Source: Yuukianura sp. NJ FZ-2021 (taxonomy: Eukaryota). From it: DNA of 64,000 nt. The notes beneath the pieces were generated by a model that was not told the origin of the DNA, searched no databases, and saw only the letters and a list, made by a program, of their open reading frames with translations. Position 1 is the first letter of the stretch, and each line of letters starts with the position of its first letter. The DNA lies in the NCBI GenBank assembly GCA_046563655.1, contig CM102286.1, positions 11,532,001 through 11,596,000 of the forward strand, read 5' to 3'. The translations under genes were made by a program, and so were the position numbers. Of the stretch, positions 37,011 to 49,433 are shown in pieces.

Positions 37011-40000
37011 CTAGCATGCACTTTCCATCCGTTTTTTCTGCCTACGTCGATATTCAAAAAACTCCTCTTTCATGGCGGCGACCCGGGCTTCCATATTTTC
37101 ATACCGATCTCGAGGTCTGCGGAGTCTGGACGTAGTCGACGCAGACGGAGTGGTAGTTACCATTGGGCCTGGGAGGTACAAACCTGGCACTTGCGTTGAA
37201 CCGATTTCGGGAGATGTATCGGGAATGATGGGATCAAATTCATATGGATCATCAACTGACATGTCATGTATAGTTCTTGCACCGGGGCTCGGTTCGGACA
37301 CAGGAACCGTTGGAGCTGAGGCTCGTTCATCTATATAGTGGTCAAAAATGTACGGAGATCGTGTAGGTGCGGGTGAGAAAGCCTGGGACATGAATACATC
37401 ATGTCGTGGCCAATTCTCGTAAGTACCCGAAGCTTGGTGACGAGTTTGTGAAGGATAATGTAGGAACTCGGGTGGAACAGCGGCGGGTGTTTCCGGGAGC
37501 GCAGTGGAGGACAAAAGAGGATGACGTTGACCAGGGATACTGCCACTCGAAGGTCCGGAAGTGGTAAACTTACTGCCACTAAGAAAACCGGAAGAGGTAG
37601 AAGGTTCGTGAAATTTAAAAACAGTAGAGGATTTAGACGCTCCTTCACTGCGAGAAGTATCCAATTGTTGGCGTGGAGGGAACCGTATAAACCGTGGTGC
37701 ATGTTTCTCAAGATAGTCTAGGTCACGAGCAAGTATATCTCGAATTCGTTCGGCTTCCCACGGCGGAGGAGTGGGGTCGCTGCCAGGGTTATAACCGCTT
37801 GTTGTGGCAGTACTCCAGAGGTAGTCAGGGCGTTGATGAACTTGGACTAGAACGGGTAGACGTGTCACTGAATTAAGGTCAACTTCAACTGGGTACAGTA
37901 CACTTCTGCGAGGAACAGGGCTAAACCGACCAAATGGTGCACTTGAAACAGGGATTGAAACCAGTTCCTCGTTTCTGAAGGAAGTAGACGAAGGCATGAA
38001 ACTTCTAGGAAGCACGAGGTTGAATCGCCGGCGTCCACGAGGATAAAAACGAAGTGGTTGCGGAGCCAAAAACCCTCCATCATCTGAGTTTTCTTCTATT
38101 GCGCCTGCGGAAAATTACGAAAAAAAAATTAATTAAGCCAAGTTAGTATTAAAATTTGTCTGAGCTTCACAACTACGAAACGGTGATGGCGGTGAGGATT
38201 AAACTGAATAAAGTTGACGTTTCTACGAGGTTTGTATATTAGCCGGAATCGGAGCAATACCCATGTTACACTTTATTAAGTACCGAAAGTATGAGCTACT
38301 TTATGTTTTTTCCCGAGTCTGTCTGTCTATCTGTATGCTGGACACCATAACTCTGGAACCACTGGACCGATTTTCAATCTGTTATCGCAGATGAACTTCG
38401 AATGGTCCAGGGGTAATTCATCGGTTTCTGGTTTGTCCGGAAATGCACAATTTCCGAGATGTGACTTTCAATTTCCTTTCGCTACTTACATACGGCGTTT
38501 ACAGCGGTTTATTTATTTCTGAATGTTTACGGTAAAGCAAAAGCCACTAACGGGCTAATTAACCAACAAGCAACTAACTGTTTAGACCAGGATTAAGGGG
38601 TTTCCGACATTGTGAGTAAGGTGATAATGTTTAAGATGAGTACCTGTACTAAGATGTGGTATAAGATGCGATGTCGACGTCGAGAAGTGGGGATGTTGGG
38701 TGGCCCGGAGGAGAGCGATGTCTGCCAGAGAGAGTGTGATGCTGGTAATGGATGGATGGTGGCCCTTCTTCGTTGTTGTAATGATGGCGTGGGGGTGCTT
38801 GCGGGGGAGATCCGATAGGCGAATAATGCAAAGGCCCACCGACCGGCCTACCCATCGATAAGCTCTCTTCGCCCACGAAGTCACAACGAGTACTCGGCCT
38901 ACTCCACTCCTACAAAAAATTTATCAAAATCTCAGTCCTTTGCCCACAACAAAACTATTCAAACCAAGATGTGAACTAATAGTAGCATCCTAAGTTTTAT
39001 TTTAAAGTCGTTGGTATGCTTTTGTATTCTTCGTAGAATGTGAATAGCGTTGAAGGAATAAATTGTTGCCCACGTCATCGAAAGTTAAATTTGGCGCTGG
39101 CGTTCTTTAATTTGTTGTTAGTAATATAGTCAACATGACAACATGTTTTTCTAACACTGCATGTGCAACGCGAGAAATATTTTTTTTAAATAAAGCTGTA
39201 ACCAAATGATACGCAGTTGAAACTATATAAATTAAATCAATACTTAACTGTTCCACTGTTCTTCTGCCTGCTGGCCGCGGTAAAGAAAAAAGATGAATAC
39301 TTCGTTTAACCGTATGTTGTACAAGGGGGGTTGAAACATTTTAGTGGAACGGGTAAAAATGAGTTACATAAAATACATTTAATGCAATACCTTTTTACAG
39401 GAACTTGAGGTTGTGCAGGAATTTGGCCTCCATTTCTCGAATCCGTCAGTCGACAAGCAACCATGTTATACGCTACAAACGTATAAGAACATACGCATTA
39501 ATAAAATGTAATTACTTCGGTTAAACTTCTTGTACGGCACCTTTTTCTTGTTTCCGTCTCTTCCTTCTGTTACAAATTTTGACAGCGCAGACTGAGAGAA
39601 TGATGGCAACAATGAAGAACAGGATACCACCTACCAGTCCAGCGATTATAGCTCTCTGTTTGTCACGTTCGGGGACATAGAATATCACTTCCTCGCTATC
39701 TCGGGAAGTTCCTGCTACGTTGTAAGCAGTAACCCGGATTGTGTAGTTTTTCTTCTCTTGTAAGGTTCGAGCTGAAACAGAAGTTTCCGATACAATTATG
39801 AATTAGCAGTAAAGAAATAGGAATATATTGTAAAAAGTACTAAATTTAAACCGTTTATTCCACAAATGTTTTTTCGTTATGGAAATTGTAAAACTTAAGT
39901 TTGTAGGGGTATGTCACATTGACACAAGTAGTAGTGTGATGTACGGCTGGCATACGTTTATGGTAGCTTGATCTCAACCAACTGATTAGAATGAGGACTA

Positions 40001-43000
40001 TGGTAGTGTACTTAAGTGTGGAGAGTTGTAACTTACTTGTGTAAGATGTTTGTCTAATGGGTTCCTTTGATAACCTTTTGTAGTCAGGGTCTGTTGGCAG
40101 TAACTTGTGGAAAACGTGGTAGTAAGATACTGCGACCTCATTGTCAACGGGTGGTAACCACGAAATTTGTACTGAATAGTCTAAAGGCTCGACCGTAACG
40201 TTCCATGGAGCACCGGGTTTCGGACCTACAATAGTTTTGCACATTATGTTACTGTAAATACAAAATTACTGTAAACATGTTTTACACCTAGATATCATCT
40301 ATACATGCTTTGTAAAATTACAAGTCTAAAAACAAACCTATCGGTTTGAGTATTTTCGGTATATAAAGCGTGCCATTTTCGTAAGTAGGTAACATTGCAA
40401 CGGAATAATCATGCTCTGCAAACAACAAATAACAATAATAATAATAATAAATAAATATACATGAAAAGCCAATGTATTTTTATATAGGACAACTACATAG
40501 CTGAACGGATTGATTGTTGAAAATAGATGTAAGTTAAGTTTAAAGAATTTAAAAAAAGCAAAAACCCCATACCCTTATACAAGAAATAGTTTGTACACAA
40601 GGATCTATTAGATAGATATAATATATTTCAAAAATACCTCCATCTCAACATTAATGTTACGTTATTTCCTTGGAAACAAATGGTCGGAGATATTTTTGGG
40701 AAAACACAGTGTCATAGGTAGCGTGGGGTGCACTAGGTAATGTAAATACCACGTGCCCTGTAGACTAAAACCGACTTCTTCCTAACACATAGACAACAAA
40801 ATGGTCATCACAGCACTGTTGAAAGGAGAATACCGCTTTTGGTACGTATTAAAAATATGCACAAGCGAGCCAGTTCATAGCAGTAACAGAAGTGAGAGTA
40901 AAGCCGTGAAAGTTTGAAAGGAATTACCATGGCCATCAGAATTAGCAGTAGTTGAAGCACCAGGCGGAAGTGGTGGTCCCGGACCAGAACTGATCGGAGT
41001 CAGATTATTATTTTTATTACTATTTCCACTTTTTTCGGAAGAACCATTCGGTGATAAAATTGTGTCTCCAACCCCTTTACCGATTAAAAGACAGAAACGG
41101 AAATGAAAGAAACCATTGGCAATAATGAAATATTCCCGCTTTTATCAGCGTCTGAACCACGACTAACAATGCAGTTAGTGAAGGACTTTTGAAGAGGATT
41201 TGTACAAGGCACGGCACTTACCTTTCGTGGTTACGTTTACGATTTCACTTGGATGACCCTCTCCAAGGTCATTTATTCCAACAACTTGAAACTGGTAAGT
41301 TCGTCCCGGACTCAAATTCCGCACGGTAATTCGTGTACTGCCTGGAGGTGTGACTGGAATAGTTTCCCACTTAAGTTCGCCCACCGCCCGAAACCTTGAA
41401 AAATTTAATACATAAATTAAATACAACTTTACACCTATATGGTATTGACTTAATATGAGAAACACCAAGACGAGTTGACGTAAATACAAAAAAAAAAACT
41501 TTACCAAACAACATAGTTTTGAGAGAAGTGAGGTCCCCCAGCATAACCGGGCAGCCATGACAGCGTTACCGTAAATACTGCACAGCTTGCTGTAATGTTA
41601 AATGGGGCATGTGGTTTGGTCCCCCTGGAATTTTTTGAAAATCAAGGTTAAGCGTTGCGTGAGAAAATAGACACATCGACGTTAATAGGAGGAAAATGTA
41701 AACTTACTCCACAATGACTTTGGTCGAAGCTACTAACGTTGCCACTTCATTGGATGCCACACATTCGTATTCTCCATAGTCACTCTGATGTAAATTTTTT
41801 ATGGACAAGCTCCCTTCAATTACTCGGATTCGGTCCCTGGAAAGCGGCTTGCCGTCCTTCTGCAACGTGAAATATTTAGAGTTTAGTATGAATGTATTCG
41901 GCAAGGTTCGTTCAACAAAAAAAAAAGTTTTTTCTACAACAGGTTGTCCAATAACTCAATGTTTTGAGAATTGTTAAAAAAATTCGTTAAAAAAATTCTC
42001 CTGCAGCTTTCTGTGGTAATTATTTACAAGTTGTGTAATACAGGACAACAGTTGCTGGACAACTGTTGAACGAATACAGTAGGGTTGTCTGTCAAGGAAC
42101 CTTGCTCTTTTTCATTCAATGGTAAATTAAATTTAACTTACCCGTTGCCAAGTAATGAGAGGACTAGTAGTTCCATTCGGAGCTCTGATAGTCAACAATG
42201 GAAAGTTGTTTTATTTACTTTGTGCTACAAAATACAAATACTACTATTCGTGGCAGTACTCACGCGGCTGAACAAGGAAGTTCTAACGATGAAGCCAGCT
42301 TGCTTTGGTATAGAGGTTCAGGCATTTGCTCAAATTTGGGAGGTTCTTTCACAATGACCTGCATCTGAAGCGAAGAGCCCTTAGTACCATGGACGTTGTA
42401 AGGCGTGCAAGTATACATTCCTTGATGAGTCTCCTTGACACGGTCTATCAGAAGCGATCCATTAGCCATTATAGCAAAGCCGTCAGTCTCGTATGGTTCG
42501 AGTAAATGCTTGTCACGTGTCCACATGACAAACTGAATTGGTGGATTAGCCATTATGTAGCATCGTACAACACCAACGAGGCGATGAGGTAGATATTGGA
42601 CTGTCGGTGTGTAGGTAACTTGAGCAGGATCTGCATTAGAAGCAATTCATTAGTAGCTATTATCGTCAAACATAGTATTTACCGCAATAGCTAAATGGAG
42701 TTCTTAAGGTAAGGCACACTTACATTCAACATTAAGGTAAGCCACGGCAGTTTGTGTCTCTCCAATTCCATTTGATACTCGGCACTCATAAAACCCGGAG
42801 TCATCTGCAGAAACAGGGTTGATGACTAGGCTTCCGTCGACGGATGTCTCGATTCGGGAGTCCAGAGATGAGAGTTGCCTCACCGGTACGCCATCTCTGA
42901 ACCATGTAATGGTCGCATTTGCAGGCATTGCTCGCCATTCACATGGAAACCCTGCTTTCTCGCCTTCTACCTTTGTCGTATTCTGTGGTGGGGTAACTAT

Positions 43001-45217
43001 CACTGCCGCCCCTGGGAATGTCAAACGACAAATAATTAGAATCCTGCAAAATTGTTGTACAAAGGACTGCTATATTAGTCGTAACCCTGTGATTCTGTAA
43101 TATATTAAGTCCTAATCCTTCATGTATTGAAATTTCAAATACTGCCGAAAATGTAAATTTTAAATTTAATTTAAAATAGTGCAATGTTGCTACTAAATTA
43201 CTATAAAATCGACATACTATTTTAATATTAAGTGCTATGAATTTGGATTGTATATATGATTTTGATTACCCGCAATCAACACTTTTACAACATGATGAAT
43301 CTTTCCTTCTCCATTCCTTGCGATGCATGTGTAGTCCCCAATATCTTCGTTTTTTATTTGCGAAATTCGAAGTTCAGTGCCTTCATTTACAATTGAAACT
43401 GTTATTGAGGGTTGCACCGGATCTGAATCTTTATACCTGTAAAGAAAAATTTGAGATTAGGTCTAAAATTCACTTCGAGAGAAAATTTATGGACAAAAAA
43501 CCATTACAAGCAGTGTTGCTGGATATCCACTTTTTGACATTTCGTCCAGCGGATATCCAGTGGATAATATATTTCATCCGGTTTTATCAGGAAGAAATGG
43601 CTAGATAAAATGGATATAAGTGGATACTTCCGGATACTTCCACCTATTTTGATGTAAGTGGAAAAAAGATTTGATCAATCCAGCAACACTGATTACAAGT
43701 AACTTTCGCTGGTTTCGTTTATGCGCTTGTCATCGGAAAAAAGGCAAAACTTTTACTATTTTGTCTAATTCACTTGATATTTCATTTCCTTTCTAATGGT
43801 CATACACAAGGTTCGTAAACAAAAAGAAAAGTTTTTCTACACCAGGTTCTCTAATAACTCGATGTTTTTGCGTTAGGCTAGAAAGTTTGAAAAACTTTTT
43901 TCTTATGGTAATTATTTTCATGTAAAGCAATTGAAATTTGAGGGAAAAATTAATCGAAGCACAATTTTTTGCCGACCCCGAGTTATTGGCCAACCTGTTG
44001 TAGGAAATACACTTCGGTTGTCAAGTAACCTTGGTTATACAGAAGATTAGCTACGCAGTTAGGAGGCTTACCACACAATTTCAGGCGACGGAGTTCCTTC
44101 TGCCCGGCAGTGGAGAATAATATTCTTGCCGACTTTTGTGTATACAACATCATCCGACGTGTGGACAAATCGAGGAGGTGCATGTACGTCTAAATGGAAC
44201 CAACTCCCAGTAACATTTTTGCTATTCTGTGGTGGCGGACTTCTGTTCAGAAAGTACACTCGACAGTTATACCAACCACGATCACTTTCGCGAATTGACG
44301 TTAGATTTAGTGACGCCAGTCCATATGAACTATTAGGGTTGACACGGGCAACCCGTTCCTCAAACCCATCGCCACTGTGTGTAGGGTAACCATCGTACCA
44401 AATGTGGATTGGTATGTCTACGCCCTACAAGAACAGAACAAGATTGAATAAAACTTTATTAAAAAATCACTTTGCAAAATCTAGGAAGAGCGTATCAGCT
44501 TCCAGTATGTTTACACTCTTCGGAAGCTATGATTATTGTATCAGCATAAATAAACTTCAAAATCAGTTCTCACCTTTTTATCCCATTGGACAATGTATGG
44601 AACAGGGTACCCCTCCGGAAATTCAACATGACAATTGAACACAATAAACTCCCCTATCATAGCAGTGATGTACTCGGAGTCAGCAGGAGCTCCGCCGCCA
44701 TTCCAATCGTCACCATTCCCATTCCCTCCATTTCCAGCTACCAAGGTACCATAAACAGAACTCAGCACATCTTCCTGAGTTGTGTCGCAGCATCCTAAAA
44801 AGAATTGCAAACTTGGTTTATCGAAAAAATAGTAAAATTGCACTGAAAAGAAGGTCGGTGGAATGCCAAATGGAAGGACAGGAAAGTCAGTTTTTTGATG
44901 TAGTTCTGGTCGAATTTGCCGAGTTCCCGCTTGAATGAAAACTTGGCCAAGGAAATAGTTTGTCTCCTTTAGATATGACGTTGTTAATAGACGAAACGAA
45001 ATATACCTTGGTCTTAGCCTGCCTTACTCGCAAATAGTTGAGTAGATTTACACAACTTACCTTGAACAATGGCGACTATGACAATAGTAAAAAGTAGTTG
45101 CCGACTACTGCCGCTATTTCCTGAGACAATTTTACCGACAGCATGTTTTGTGGAATGATGGTGAAAGTGTTGGGGTTCAGCTGCGTTGCATTGCAACAAA
45201 GCCTTCTTCTGGAGCAT
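37011..45217 (-). CDS. tutl: Turtle/IGSF9 Ig-superfamily receptor (signal peptide, Ig domains, FN3, TM, long cytoplasmic tail)
   Basis: FNCHVEFPEGYPVPYIVQWDK, IYIWYDGYP-like segment, LTSIRESDRGWYNCRV, GSWFHLDVHAPP, ANPPIQFVMWTRD, YTCTPYNVHGTKGS. FN3 exons, TM AIIAGLVGGILFFIVAIILSVCA, C-terminus ESAC. Confidence 0.9.
38277..38513 (+). mobile_element. Minimal family-B HINE-like element (~237 bp) in a turtle intron
   Basis: Same 5' end (TAAGTA.CGAAAGTATGAGCTACTTTATG) and 3' end (CTTTCGCTACTT...ACGGCGTTTACA..GGTTTATT) as 4939-6130. Confidence 0.8.
43511..43691. mobile_element. hAT-type MITE (181 bp)
   Basis: 14-bp TIR CAGTGTTGCTGGAT and a perfect 8-bp TSD ATTACAAG (43503-43510, 43692-43699). 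Confidence 0.88.
43807..44033. mobile_element. hAT-type MITE; related copy at ~41902-42105
   Basis: CAAGGTT...AACCTTG ends with flanks GTCATACA/GTTATACA (7/8 match). The first ~65 bp are shared with the 41902 copy. Confidence 0.6.
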
Positions 45218-48008
45218 CGCAATTCAAGGAACCAAGGCACCATTTCTATTTTTCAGTCGCCATTTATTGTAGTCACAGACCCTCCCAACCTTTGGAAATT
45301 CAAGTAAACACAAACAGATAGTAAACATTTGGCTACTCACTCCATATTCTTCAAAGTATTTAGCTTTAGCACGTATTTAGATTAGTCTGGGTATGGCGAG
45401 TGACAATGTGACAGATTTTAAAGACGAGGGAAATAATTTATGAGAAAGGTTAAGTTATGTTAAATATTTACCTATGTATATTGTGATTCGGAAGGAGTGT
45501 TCTGCAAATTTTGTCACACAATGCTACTCACAACTTTTCATTTAGTTTGAAGTACGATTTTTGTTCTTTCGGAAAAAAATCATGAAATTTCTTGTTTTAT
45601 TTTTGAGATCATGGTTCATACATTATATTGATAACGTAAGAGAAAAATTAATAACACACTGTAAATGACACTGCTAATCGTAAACTTTTTTAAATTTCTT
45701 GTTTTGTTTGTTTGTTTGCTTTCTTCCTAAATGATTCTCTAAATTCTCAGCGTAATTTTCAATCTCAACTACGTCTTCTTGAATTTTGCTTTGATATTAT
45801 TTGTTTTTGCGATTGAATAATTCACATTCATCCAGTTCTTGAACAAATAAATTGGTTAACCAAATATGTTCCACCTATTATTTATTTTGGACGAATGACA
45901 TAAACTCTGGGAGTTAGTACACGCCCAATTTGTATTGTGTACTTAACAATTTTTGGCACCCTTTGCTTTCTCCAGGCAACATTTGTCACCAATTTAGGTC
46001 TTCAAAAATTTGTAACTGAGACGTGAAATTGATGGAGGTATTGTTTGTTTAAAAAATTTTTTAATCTAAAGATGAACTTATTATTGGCTGGCAAAAAGTA
46101 TTCGTGATGGCATTTTTGTTGAAAATTAATTAGGAAAATTAAACAAAAATTAATGATACTGTAGCTTTCCAAATATTATTGCCATTGACATACCTTGGTA
46201 GAAATTACTTTGACGTGGCATTATTAAGGAGATATAATTGCATCATACGGTACATTTATACAACAGTGAATTCAGAAAAAATAGGCATAATAATCGATTA
46301 CGAGATTCGCTCCACCCCCAATGGTCTTCGTCATAGTTATTTGGATGAGCGATTTTAAGTAATAATTATTACTTAAAAAAAATATTTAAAAAATATTTAA
46401 ACCTCTTAAGAGCTTTGACTCCAAGTTGTGTTACGCATAAAAATAAAACTTGAAACCTGAAAGGCCTTTGGCAGCCACGGAGTTTTGAGGACTACATTGT
46501 GCACATAAAGATTGTTTCGTTTAGAGGTTAATTTCAAATTTTTAGGGTAGTTGTGGTCACTTTGTTACTTTTAAGTGGTATCGCATTTAGAAATATTTAC
46601 ACATAGGTCTAAACGGTATGATAGTAACCATATATTTCAGGATTACCATTGCGTAATTGTATGCAATGGCTCAGTTGTATTGATTTACAGGCTCGGTACT
46701 TACCGGAATTTCCGTAATCCTTGCTGAAAGCAACATTGCACCGAATTTGAGCCGAATTGCTGCAGCCTCTGAGTTGAATATTGCTAAAGACCTTCACTTT
46801 GTTTCTGGAACAATTTTGGCACGTGCAAAACACAAGCGGTTTTGCAGAAGAGACCTTACTAATTTTTTGTGCTTTCTCTCATTCCCAACTTGAAGTTTTT
46901 GACTTAGTAATTGAAACATAGTTAAACTTGGGGGTGGAACATACTGCTTTTAGAATTGATCTTGCTTAGGCTAATACTTTAGGAAATATTAAATGAAAGA
47001 TTAGATCTGCCTTTGCACTTTTTGATGTACTTAGAGTTTGGTAGCCTAAGGTTGGGAATGTTGGAATGAAGGTGTAATAAGAGGGTTTCTTATAAGCCAA
47101 TTCATCGACCGATGACCGAATAGCTGGGATCTACGTAGGAAAGCCTTGAATGCCTTAGGTTAGGCATCACGAGCAATCCCATTGTAAGTGTTTGGGCTGA
47201 GAGCAAATACCTCTCCTTTCTACGGATGTCATGCGTTCGAACACTTCGGAACCCGAGAGAATTATACAGTGTGGTTCACATAAAAGGAAACACCAACAAT
47301 TTCTAAAATTCTTAATTTTCAAAACTACGGAGGAAAAAAATTACAGACTGGAATAACTGAGTAAAAATTAGTTCGGATTTCTGTTCAACTAATTGGAGCT
47401 AATTACGTTTGGTAGCGATTTACTGTTCTAGTTATACAATTTAAAAAGAAACGTCATGAAAAGAATTTGTGGGTTTTAAATTGTAGCTGAATAACACTGT
47501 ATGCAACCCCAGAGAGATTCAGTCGAGGAGTCCGAAAGCAGAAACACCAGCAGAGATTGCCTTTCACGCACAAGCACAAACAACCCTGCAAGACTTTGAG
47601 CCACTAACGGGAATTAACTTTCTCCACGCAAAGCTATTGCAGAACATTCCGAGCCATTCTAAATTAGTGCATACTTTTAAGAATGATAATTATTGTTAAT
47701 TGTTTGAGATGTTATTGGAACAACGTAATGGCGTCTTAGGTGGATATATGCCTTATTCTTCACATTCTTTACGAAAGCTCCAAGTTTGTTCTTAGCTACT
47801 CATGACGCTATTAACAGAATTTGATGGCAATACGAAACCCAAAATTCTGGGATTGCCAGAAGGCCAATGTTTAAAATTAAATTTTATTTACAACAATGCA
47901 GTTGTGTGGCGGAAATTTGCAGGAAATGTAAGCACTGGTTAGTAACTGCGCAGGTTGTGGTGCTTGTAAGTTTATGCATGCATAAGGCAAGCCTTAAATT
48001 CAAGTGAT

Positions 48009-48892
48009 AATAAACCGTTGTAAACGCCGTACGTAAGTAGCGAAACGAAGCTAGAGTGCACTTCCGGTAAAACCGGAGCCGTATTAATCACCCCCTATGC
48101 CAAACTGACTTACGAAGACAGATTGCAAATCGGTCCAGAGGTTTCGAAGGTATAGTTATAGTGCAGACAGGCAGACGGACAGATGGACAGAATCGGGGAA
48201 AACATAAAGTAGGTCATACTTCCCCGAGTAGGACGAGGGACGCACTTTTGCAACTTTTATCGTCTGTATCTCTGTAACCATAGGTCAAAGGTCAAGGTCA
48301 CCTTTACAAAAGTTGTTCAGCCCAATGAGATAAACAACTTTTGTAGAGGTCATTTTTCCCGATTTCTGTCATTAAAGCATTTGACCTTGACCTTTGACCT
48401 GGACCTGGACAACTTCCGGTCAAGCTGGACACTGATTAGACACCCCTGGAACATGTGAAGCGCAAATGTGAAGACAGATTGAAAATCGCTCCAGTGGTTC
48501 TGGAGTTATAGACGCGAATATAACGAGTGACCCCATTATGCAACTTCTAAGGTCTATATCTCCAGAACCCCAAGTCAAAGGTCAAGGTCACCTATACAAA
48601 AGTTGTTCAGTTTAATGAGATGAACAGCTTTTGTAAAGGTCATTTTTCCGATTTCAGTCATAAATGTACTTGACCTTGACCTTTGACCCTTAAGGGGTCT
48701 ACTTCCGGTCAAACCGGGCACCGATTGTTTACCCCCACACCATGTCAAGTTCATCTGTGAAGATAGATTGGAAATCGGTCCAGCGGTTCCAGAGGTAGCT
48801 TGACCAGCAGACGGACGGACAGACGGACGGACGGACAGACAGACAGACAGACTCGGGGGAAAACATAAAGTAGCTCATACTTTCGCTACTTA
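48009..48892 (-). mobile_element. Family-B HINE-like element
   Basis: Reverse-complement homolog of 4939-6130 with one fewer internal repeat unit; same termini. Confidence 0.82.
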
Positions 48893-49433
48893 ATAATTCA
48901 GCAGGTCCAATGTGACTATTTTAAATGTACCAAAGTACGATTTCCTTTCAGAAAACAAACGCCATAAGAAAATTACCTACTGTATCAGTATCAAACGGTC
49001 AAATGTTTCTGAAGATTTTTTCTTTCAGCTCCTAATAAGGTCAAATCCAATATTAAAACGTTGCTCTTCCTCTGGTTTATTTGTCTCGTCTTTTTCAATA
49101 GCATAAACACTTTCAATGCATTTACGGTTAACCCATTACAATTTAATTGAAAATCCAGAACTTTGTAACATATTTCCAAAAATTAATGGGCCTCTAATAA
49201 TTTTAAGTGTTCGCATGTTAAAATGCTTTTAGCCATGACGAATTCTCCAGTCAGTTAAGGCTCTTAATGCTGGATTAGGACAAGTTAGTCCTGTAATTTT
49301 CCCTGGACTTCCGAAATCACGAACAGCGTTCGCTTCTAATGCTGGAGTTAGTCTGAGTTGGCTAGTTTGGTTCATTCATTGGTCAGAACCGGTCAAAGCC
49401 GCAGGTATTCAAGTCCATCTGACTTTTGTTGAA

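Noticed and set aside
36996..38083. Multiple overlapping short ORFs
   Set aside because: Shadow frames of the long terminal turtle exon.
46540..47260. Degenerate coding or TE fragment upstream of turtle
   Set aside because: All frames inspected are broken and no recognisable motif or termini were found.
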